The notes beneath the pieces were generated by a model. It was given only the letters and a program-made list of their open reading frames with translations, did not search any database and was not told the DNA's origin. A stretch of DNA of 64,000 nucleotides from assembly GCA_964304625.1 (NCBI GenBank), contig OZ199839.1, forward strand, positions 9,531,979-9,595,978. Reading direction: 5' to 3'. Of the stretch, positions 53,035 through 64,000 are shown piece after piece (position 1 is the stretch's first letter; every line of letters begins with the position of its first letter). The translations under genes and the position numbers were made by a program. The stretch is from Kudoa neothunni (Eukaryota > Animalia > Cnidaria).

Positions 53035-54673
53035 GCTAGAATATATAAAATCCTTTGCCCCTCAGTGTGTCCACAAGCGCGCGTGTGCCACGGAGAAACT
53101 TTTTTAAATACAGCTTTTAGTTTGCATTTGAATAGATGATACCATTAATAAAAATCGTTTATTTACTAAGCAGTATAAATATAATCAATTAAATGAACTT
53201 TCATTCATTATATACGAAGAGATCCTGCTGATCATATAATAGAATTTTTTCGAAATGTTACATATACCTGTTTGGAGTAATTTTAAGATAGATAATGCCA
53301 TTAGGGCCATATTTACAAGAGTTTTTGTGTTTCCCTTAAAATTTGAAGCATAACCAAATTATTTAGGATGTATTTTCACTTTTCAAGTGTTCTGAATATA
53401 ATTAAGCGAAAAAGATTTTGATCATACTAATTAACACACACGATCCGAGATTTAAGTTGTTGCCATGTTGGATTAATCTGGGTCTCTATACGCATTCTAA
53501 AAACGATGTAAGATGTGTGTAGAGTTTTAAAACAACTAAATTTTGGTGATAACTTCATAATTGTAAATGTCTTTTTATCAAATATATCGATTGAGGTTGA
53601 AACTATATTCGTCTTTCGATGAGTATTTATTTATTTGTTGGTTTTCCTAAACTTTCTTACAAAGTAGCTGGCATCATTAATTCGATAAGTTTCTATATTT
53701 GATGAGATAATTTTTTAAATAATGTTTAAGTTCTTAGTAACCTAATTATTCCTTACCTCAGACCTTAAAGTTGATATTCAAATCAATTTATAATTTTCTT
53801 TTCGCTAAAAATAATTCCTTATGATATGAGAGCTGCATGAAAATATGCGGTACCGCATTCTATACGTAGTTTAAGAATTTATATTCACGATTACTTTTGC
53901 ACAAAATACATCCCCTCTTAATCTCAATACGTGTTATGTAAGTTAATAAGAAATTATTGGTCTATTAAATCTAACCGATATTTTCACAAAGTTTTCGTTA
54001 ACCTAAGAATAATTCAATACATGGGAATTTTTTTAGGACAATCAAACACTACGTTTATTTTTAAAAGGGTGCACTCCTTCGAGAAAACAAGTTGATATTT
54101 AAGTATTACTGTAATTTTTCAAACCAAAAACACCTTTACATTTTTGATTTAACTGTATTTTGTTAATTAATGTGTATATTTTTGAACCAGTATGTATTTT
54201 TGTTACAATAATGAATACGTAAGTTAACGCTCACAACTTTTTAAAACATCATTGGCATCATTATATATTTGCGAAGAAAGGAGTAACAATTAATATTTAT
54301 ATTTCGGAGTCATCTTAGGTTGATTTTATTTTTTGTATCGTTTGTAAACTAATAATAAATTTTATAACTAGAAGGATTAATTTTTATCGCAAAATTTTGA
54401 AAAGAACTGAAAGTCCTATTTAGGTTACTTAATGATTTTGATAGTTAATTAAATTTCTCATAAAATTAAGGTCATTACACTTTTGACCAATAATTTGTAA
54501 AATAAACTTCAAAATATTCATTAATTTCCCTCAACACCTCTATTTATATCTAAATCATCACATTGCAAAAATAATGAAAAGCTTCAAAATGCATAAATTT
54601 TAATAGAAAAATAATACTAAAAGTTAAAATTTACCATCACACAGTACCAAACAAATCTGGGCATTAGCACTAA
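53035..54673 (+). mobile_element. Non-autonomous Helitron, copy B
   Basis: Starts (g)CTAGAATATATAAAA and ends ccaaacaaatctggg...CTAA|T. Reverse-complement homologue of 4561-7289, lacking the nested piggyBac. Confidence 0.75.
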
Positions 54674-56662
54674 TATATTAATAATTGGTCACTACCAGCT
54701 TTATTAAAGGATACAATTTTTAAACTCAACGTTAGAACTAATATTTTTCTTGAGTAAGCAAAGGACCGTAAAATATTTGATGAAATTAGTTAATGAGTTT
54801 TTATATGAATTTAAATAGATTTTTATTCTTTGATTTATAAACATCCTAATATGATTAAGTATATTCAATTATAGATAAAATAAGAAAAATACGACTTTTT
54901 AGACAACGATTATTTGCGAAGTAATCACGACATTTACCGAACCATATTTTGAGGATTATATAATGAAATATTCAGAATTTATTTCAAAATTTGATGATCT
55001 AAAGCATAAAAATATATTTTTATTATTTTTAATAATTCTAAAAATAAGTTGGGTATAACTCTTATATTATTGACATACTTTACGTATTATTGTGTCTAAT
55101 TTACATCCCGGGGTTTTAAATTTTAATAAAATTTAAAAATCGTTAGTTAATGATTGTGGAATAAGAGTAGTAGTATTTTGCCCTTTTAAAATATTAATTG
55201 AATACTACGATCAGCTCAAGATTTAATATAATCTAATAACATTAAGGAATTATAGGATATAATTGAATGTAAAAATTAACTAAATATATGAATCGTAAGT
55301 TGTAATATTACTAGATTCGTTAATATTCTGTTTGGAAAAAGATGTAGAAACTGTTATAACTTGTTAAAGCTTAATTAAAAATCCTATTAACTGATAATCC
55401 CGTTATACTACCAAAAATTCAATTATTTCATCCCATTATCTTGTTAATTAATTAATTTTATTGTTTGAACCTTTATCTATTTATATATGATATTCTTATT
55501 AAAATTGGAAAAAACTATTGTTCAATTCTTGTTCATAAACATTTTTTACTTGCGCTAAATACATACTATAGTCTGATTTAATAAATGCGTAGTTAGAGGG
55601 GGCCAAAGGAAAATCACCCAATAGAAAGATACTACAAATTTCCTGGAAAAATATGGATATATTTTTTATTATTAAAATAATAATAAAAAAAGCTTTTCAA
55701 ATCAATGAGCTACATCTGAAATTTGAAATTATTATTACTTTACATCAAAGTTTTTAATAGACATCTCATAATTAAACTGAGATGATATGCTATATAACAG
55801 AGAGGCAATTAGGCTGATGTAAAACATCCGCATAGAATCTGTTAGGGTGCTATTATAATTTAATTCAAAAACAAATCTTTGCTTTAATTTTTTAAATGAA
55901 TAATGTTGAATTCTTCTATTAAATCTATAAATATCGTTTGTATTTATATTCCTTCGAATGTAAAAAATATTTCAATTAATAATTATAAATAAATATTTAC
56001 TTGATAACACCCAAAAACAATTAAAATATTATTTTTCGTTATTCATTATATAATATTAAATTTGTATTTGCTTTCATCATCGTCAAATATTAATTCGAAT
56101 TTTTTTTGGGAAAAGTTACATTAAGGTTGAGAAATTAATAAAAAATATCATTTTTCACATAGATATTTATATAAAATAAATGATTTTTCATCTATTGGAC
56201 AATTTTAGATAAGATATTATTTGCGCAGGAAGGATGGGAATAACTCTTTAGACAATTTTCTACCACCAAGTTTAAAATTAAAGAGTGATCAATGGGATAA
56301 AAACAAACTTATATAAATCAAATAAACGAAACAGCCAACATAAATTCTGCAGTTATACGGTGTATTGGGAGTATAATCATCTCAGTCCGAATAATACGCT
56401 TATTACCCTCTGAAACACCGTCAACTCTAAATAAACTACCTAACTGTTTCAGTGTTCAAATATCAAAGAATTGTTTTACCAAGAGTTCAAGTTAATCAGA
56501 CTTGATGTTAATTACGACATTATTGATTTTTTTTCTTGGGGAAATTTCCAGTAAATGTTTTTTATGTTACATAATGCCTGAATGGGTTTGGGAAACCCTT
56601 TCATTTCTCAAACTATCTACGATCATAAATTTTTATTGATTAAAAAACAAACCATTATTTAG

Positions 56663-59600
56663 ATACACCACGAAATAAGTGCAAAGTTAATTACGCCTAC
56701 AGATATGGTTCGGACATTCTTGACGTGTGGTTGGAAGCGGAAACTAGACTGTTGGAGATCTCATGGAAATTACAAGACAGTATTACCTATAAAACAGTAA
56801 AGGAATCAACTAGGAGTGTTGTGACATGCGATAATGAAAAAAAATGTTTAATTACTATTCATGAGATCAGTCGACTGGAAGGTTACTGGTTCTCTGGTAG
56901 AGTGGAACATTGTTCGCTCACCAATCCCATACCCATACATCAAAGTAACAATTATTTCTATTACGAAAAAATGTCACTTCATTGGAAGTTACATTAAAAT
57001 GATACTGTAATACATGGTCGGATAATTACTCATATTTTTCCATTAAATTTTAACAAATCTATTTATACTTATGTTTAAGGTGAAATTCGAAAATATATAT
57101 TTATTTGAACATATAATGTATATTTGTTACCTCTTTGTGGAATATAAAGAAAAATTAAAAGGCATTAAATATAATTATTTATTCTAGATTTAAGCAATTA
57201 ATCAAAAATAAAAATGATATTACAATATAATACTCATTTATTATATTACTTTCTAATAGAAGGCTTAAAAATTTAGATTCATCACTTTAAATTCAAATAA
57301 ACTATGAATATTATTTAATTATTACATTAGACAAGGAATGACATAATACATTCATCGCTTAAAAGCGTATAAATAATTACTATTGAACCTTATAATTGAT
57401 AAAAAATAGCATTTAACGTGAAAAGTTACAACAAACTAATTAAGTATATTTTTCGATATGAAATCACTGACTTAATTTAAAGAAAAATCTTTAATGTTTT
57501 GACTGTAAATGTTAAATTGACTTCGATAATAAATAATAAATATGCTCGACGAATAAACTTAAAATTAAATCTCTTGGGAAGTATGTTTGAAATAAATATA
57601 ATATAGGTCGATTAAATATCAAAGTGGAAACTCGTTTAAACTCCAGAAATAAAATAGTGTTATACAGCAAGATATTCTCTTATAAACGACAATTGTGCTC
57701 GATTGAAGTCATTTATAAACAACAGCAACAAAGATGCCAATCCAAGAATATGACCTCGAAGAAAATGTATTGTGATGAATTCAGTTTAACACCATCTACA
57801 ACCTGCACGCCCACTATAAAATTAGATATCGAAAATATCGCGAATTCGGTGATTGTGGAAAATAATGGTACGAAAATCTATTCCATTTAAATTTACTTTT
57901 TTTAGAATTTTTGGAAGCGTTACCTTCTAATACTGAAAGTGAAATAGGATTCGACATAGGTCCAATAAGGTCTATTAATGAAAATTGTCTCTACAGTCTG
58001 GTAGAAAGTAAATACTCTCAAAGAAACGAATTGCTTCTTTTGGAGCAACAACTACCATGCAACACACAAAATCCCGTTTACAAATACTCGTACTCTCCCG
58101 AATCGGTTTACATCTTCTATCACCAAAATGATCTGCCCCAATTTAATAACAAGGAATTTCGAATAATAAATCCATGTAGCTTATAAGTTGAAATCATCTC
58201 ATTTATCCATTTTAGACCGTAAAGATAACGATATCAAATTGAGGGAAGAACTGAGTTATGTAACTATTGAATTTGATAGCGAAATCAATCAGGAAGTTAT
58301 CTCATATAAATTCTACAAAATATACAATGGACAAACATTGAATATATTTGAATGTGATGGTTCCAATAAAAGTAACTGCGTTGGGATGATCAATGGAAAG
58401 CAGATAGTGTTTGAAAAGAAATGGTCGCTCGATTACAGCATTATTTTGTGGAAGGGTTCCGAGATTGTGCTAAAGAAAACTTTTTATTGGGGTTATTATC
58501 CGACAATAAATATTTTTCTAATCTTGAAATAGATTTGAATAAAATAAAATTTTATTTCCGAAAAATTAAAAACGAAAAATTAGAAATTTGGTCAAATATA
58601 CCAGAAAATAATAACTATATGTGCCAGTATTATCCTATACGAATAGATTCTTTTGAGTACGGTTTCGCCACTGCTGGTAGCTATAATTCTGTACTCGACC
58701 CCCAAAGCAACAGCACGTATCATTCATGTTCCAGATTTACTTTGGACATACGGGCTGACACTGTGAACACAGTTCACATATGGATACCTCAACTTGGTTT
58801 CACATACAAACTAACAAACAGTACTTTTCTAATTGATTAATTATTAAAATGCTCTTTGCTAGTTTATCAAGTGAATAATATAATTTTCAAGAGAATGGGA
58901 TCCAAATTAAATTTGGTATCAAAGGATGGTTTGTTAAAGGGTAAATATTGCGAAATAATTACAAAAGATGGTGACGTAGTGCAAGCACTTACAAAGTCTG
59001 GCACTTATAATGAATGCGAAAAAATTGACTTCACTAATTCTTACACGTTTGACGAAAAACATTTTATTAGAATACTGGGATATGACATGACTTTCGAGAC
59101 ACCTAATGTGATAGGTATTTGATGCACAAATTTAATAAATTGTGTTTTCTTATATTTTATGTATCTACATATAGAGGATCTACCTGATTCCATTCAATTT
59201 GAAGTTGTTGACGAAAGACTAAAATTAACAGTCTCAGAAAAAGTGTTAGCAGAGTTAGGATCAATATGGGTTTACTCATTACGTGATAATGTCCCTCGAC
59301 GAAAAAACATATGTTACGATATAGAAAACCCATGCCAGACTAGTATAGAGTTGAACCAACGAGAAAGAAGCTTTCACTTGCCTCATTTAATAGAAAAAAT
59401 TGTTTACGTTATGTTTATTCTAAAAAATGAGGACAAATTTTCAACAATTCAACATCTACGTATGTATATTTATTGAAATAATAATTTAATATTAGACAAA
59501 TCGATATTAATTTTATATTACAAAGATTAAAATTATACAATACCATATGCGGGTTTATTCAATTTAAATTTTTGTAGCCGAATTTAAGCCGGAATTTTTT

Positions 59601-62600
59601 TTCCTATTCAAAAAGTCTATGTTGGTTTTGAAACCAAAAAAACCAATTATTTCCGGGGAAGTGTGCCAATATTTTTTGTTCTCTTATGAGCTGGGTCCGA
59701 AAAAAGATTCAAGAGAACAAACGAAACTTGGTGATTGCTCTCAAAACCTTATTTTGCAAGATTTATTGACATTTAATGATCTCACGGTTTACCACAGGGG
59801 TAAAATAATTTACAGGGAGGCTATCACACTAGGTAGATTTATATCGATGTATTTGTTATTTGTAATAAGTCCCATATTTATATAAATAGGTTCCTCTCAT
59901 ATTCAAAGAGTTGACTTTTTAGAAAATAAATTCCATTTTCGAACCATGAATGATGCCGAAAATGCTTGCAAATATAAAGCGGCTCCATCATCTACCGGAA
60001 TTCGAAATCCATCACCAATCTTATGCCAAAATCAGCTACAAGAATGTGAAATTGATTGCAATAATCTCTTTGTTGCTTTGCCGTCAGCTCATCCCTATGA
60101 CATTGAAATTAGTAACTATTTCGGTACCAGTGTTATCCACATTCCAAAAAGTATCACTAAGCCCATTGAAGAATGAAATAATGTATTGTATTAGTTCCTA
60201 GGAAGATATTGTGGTCTCATCGCTGGAACAACGATGCAACATTACTTATCAAAAACAACCTAAAAGAGAATATTGATGGAATCTATAGTTTGCACGCAGT
60301 TGATGAAAATTCCAATCAGATACTGATAAAAGGTTGTCCAGACTTTAATAATTGCTCTCGAATCACTTCAATTGGAAATCAATTTGTCGTCTCATTTGAC
60401 CTCAACATGTTTTCATTGGATAAATACATAAAACTTATATATAGAATAAAACTTCATGACAACGGTGAAGAAAGTGAATATGTTATAGGTGGAGAATTGA
60501 TAATAATAAAATTATTTGTCTAATAAACGCAATATTATAGGCTTCAGTGAAAAAGATTTACATTTTGAGTATAGAGACGATGCTGAAGCTGAAGTAGGGA
60601 GCGAAATATGTGCTGGAATAGTTTTAGGGAAAAATACAAACAAAATAAAAAAATTGGAATTATACATCGTTGATATGATACAAAACCGAAATATTTTGGT
60701 GAAACAGAAAGAATATTGCTTTGATAGAGATGAATGTGCTTTCTGTTTCCATCATGATCCTCAGAAACATTACAGGTTGCTGGTGTCATTCAATCCAACG
60801 CTGATTTCACAAGCCTTAGATCAAAAAATTTTTGTAGATTACTACACAGAATCAAAAACTATGCAGGTATATTTATATTTTAAATTAACATAAAAGTTTC
60901 ATCGTAGGACGCGGCGGAGTCTGATTCCACATCGAACTCACTCCATGTGGAAATAACTATACGTCAGAAAGTGTTTGATACCTATCCGATAACTCCAACG
61001 CTTTATATTTATTATAACAAAAATTTCCACCAAAAAAAAGCTCCAATTGAGCCATTTAAGTGTGAAACAGATCAATGTAATATTGGGGATTTTCACAACT
61101 TTCAGTTCGCTCTGAAACCCAATGAAGTTATTCGAATATGCTTTCCTTCGGAGATAGGGTCGATGAATTGCAGAAATTTTGAGTCAAGTATATAATTTTC
61201 ACATTTATTACGGGAAAATTGCTATAGAATATCACAATAATTAATATCTAAAATAAAAAGTATCAATAAATAATGATGATTAATAATTAGTGAAACTGAG
61301 CTTATTGGCAGAGGTTTTTAAACTTTTTTATCTCGTTTCCCAATTTATTGGATGGGAAATCTGGATCCCCGTCTTATTTACACGTAGATATTGGCTAGAA
61401 TTACGAAGAGTTAAAAATCAAATCTTATACACTGTAATATTAAAAATACCTAATTTTATTGATATAAATATTTTTAAAAACAATTTACTATGTAATAATA
61501 ACTAGCGCAAACTTATCACCTTCAAGCGAAGAAAACATTCTGTGATAAACGATCATTAAAGCCACAGAAATATTACACGAATTCTTTCAATTAACCCTTC
61601 CGTTTCAAGATAAAAATCTTCTGCGTATGTTCGTATGTCTCACGGTATCTGAGAGACTCAATGAATAGTCAGCACAAAATATTTTTGTACTCTAATAAAT
61701 AATTTAAACCACTTTTAAAAATATCTTTAAGATATTTTAATTCGTCGAGAAATAATGTAGCAGCTTTGATAACTGACCGTTAAACCTGATTAATTTATTG
61801 ATAAATTATAATTTAAATATTAAATCAAACTACAAGAAACCTCTGGTATAAATTTATTCCATTATTGTATATTTAAGTTCGAATAAAACTTATAAATTCA
61901 CAGAGGTAACTTCTCTTAACCAATCTCCATTACATTCCGTAATATCGTAATGTTCAAGTAATAGCTCGACCGGTTCTGTAGAAGGATGTAACATATTGAA
62001 TCATTACTCTTTGACCATGATTAATTTTCTGTGTTCCATTTATTTTTCAAACATTAGGCTGAATATTCAGCATATGGGGGATTACAGAATCAGCAGCAGT
62101 CCACAATTTTATCTTGTAACGACTAGGTTTGCTTTTCATGTGTACTCGAAGAGGGTATCTATCTTAAAGCGAACAAGACGGTTTTTAAGTAATATTATTA
62201 CCCGAGAATAATATTATATGTACTCTCAGTTAAAAATATAAAAAATTTAGTGACATGACAAAAATTTTAATTTTGTCTTTCCAAAACGTCAAAACCTCAT
62301 GAATTTATTATCAAAATGAATTTTTGTACATATAGAACGGAATCTATTTCAATTTTATGTGGAGGGAAGAAGCGTTATTTAAAAAGTGAATTTGTATCCT
62401 ATAAACGTCTGAGAGACAATATCCGACCATTATGTTAAATATTGTAATATTTATTGTTTATATACTATATAGTTTTGAATTCTTTGTTTAATTATATAAA
62501 TTATTGATAAATAATTAATACTGGTTAGATAGATATAATTATAGTTTAAATAAAAGTCTATTTTTACGTCAATATGTCTTAAAGGTATTTTGATGAATCA

Positions 62601-64000
62601 TTATTTGGAGACTAAAATATTATACATTTATAACTTATAAAAGTATTATATTGGATTTTTTCAGGTAAAAAAGAAAAATAAAAATGAAATTAGTTTAAAT
62701 TAATTTAAAAAAAATATATAAAAATTGTAATCTGTTATTAGAAAAAGTTAGAAAATTTATCCACGGAAAGAAGACCGTAGGAAATACAGCTATTGAACCA
62801 CGAAAAAATGAGAATAAAATTATTCAGATTATATTTCAATGAATAATAAATAAAGCGAACGGGATAAATAATCGAGAAAAAAATGAGTTAATTTTCTCAA
62901 GATCGTGCTAAATCGTTACTTATGTCCCACCAGTATTATTTATTTTATTATCAGAAATATAAAATATAAAGTAGCGCTGGCAGTTGAATATTAATAATTT
63001 TTCTGTTCTCAATTATTAGAAAAGATGTTTTAAAAATCGCGAGGTTAAAATCACCTGATGCTCCTTTAAATCTTAAGATTTTATCTAGCTTTTAAATATA
63101 TGCGATATATTAAATTTACATTTTATAGAGTATCAACTGAGAGAGTTCAAAGTCGTATCAATTATCGGTAATGAGATTTTATTCGAGGTTGGTTTCAACA
63201 CACCAAAACTCCAAAATTATTGTCGTTACCGTTATAAGCTTCCCTCACCAAGTAACATTAAAAACTTTAATCTAATGGAGTGCACGTGTGCTGAAGATAT
63301 CCCTGAAATTGTTATCAACTGTTATGGGGATGATCTCAAGGTGTATGATGATGGGGACGAGTTTTACTACTACGTTGAGTATGAAAGCAAGTATTGTATT
63401 GATTGTATCAGTAGGGTTGCTATCCCTAAAATGTCACGTATATTAACAAATTCGAATTTTCAACTATCGATTCAAATATAAATAAACTTTTATAGGCATA
63501 ACATCAAACGTTCCGTCCAAATATTTGTTACTGAATCATACCACCCAACACACATTATACGAATATGACACCATCTACAGAGTGTACAATTTTCAAAATC
63601 TTTTTACGAAGGAAAAAATAATAGATACCGTTGCAATAAGTGAGATTAGCATTGATGGTGATGGAAATGTTCTCTTAGCCACTCCAACAAGACGAATTAT
63701 CCAGTTGAGATCATCCTACGACTCATCATTGAGCATAACCCATGACCACACGGCTGTTTCACCTCATCTATATATATTAAGTATTCGAAAACACTTAATA
63801 TATAAAAAATTCAATGTGTTTTAGGGAATCATAAATTGAGGATTATTAGTTATCGAGCAAACTTGGTTGGAAAAGAAATATTATTTGAAGCTTTATTGAA
63901 TATGAAAATTGGAGGTAGATTTGATGAAATGTTTCCACTTGTGACCAAATGCGATACTGTGGAATCGCAAGTAAACCCAAACCAATCAGAATATAAAATA
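56663..64000 (+). CDS. Large orphan modular protein (>1300 aa, at least 15 exons), both ends incomplete
   Basis: Exons 56663-56944, 57607-57867, 57906-58175, 58216-58491, 58533-58820, 58863-59114, 59175-59459, 59578-59832, 59890-60150, 60195-60488, 60541-60866, 60908-61187, 63129-63437, 63496-63780, 63825-end join in one reading frame through GT-AG introns. Confidence 0.75.

Noticed and set aside
61591-62800. piggyBac-like element in the long intron (TTAACCCTTCCG)
   Set aside because: No matching second terminus or transposase remnant identified.
1-64000. CRISPR array, prokaryotic operon or alternative genetic code
   Set aside because: No repeat-spacer array is present. Genes have spliceosomal introns and translate with the standard code; in-frame stops fall in introns or dead transposons.

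Overview
AT-rich eukaryotic (animal) genomic DNA with very short GT-AG introns (mostly 38-62 nt) and strongly diverged proteins. This style fits a highly derived parasite such as a myxozoan, but the taxon cannot be confirmed from this window. Host genes: two tandem paralogous secreted five-Kunitz-domain genes, oligoribonuclease (REXO2/Orn), intronless cytosolic HSP90 with a perfect heat-shock element, a ZMIZ/PIAS-type SP-RING gene, a Na+/K+-ATPase alpha subunit, and a large orphan gene running off the right end that is built from at least 15 exons of about 90-100 codons, nearly all flanked by phase-1 introns. Intergenic DNA is mostly decayed, often nested transposons: piggyBac, hAT (Buster and Ac types), Helitron, Merlin, Tc1 and pogo-like. 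It also holds a 561-bp miniature LTR element whose LTRs contain a tRNA-like sequence. Several conserved genes carry single-base indels, mostly in short homopolymers, which are probably consensus errors. All gene models and alignments were made by eye.
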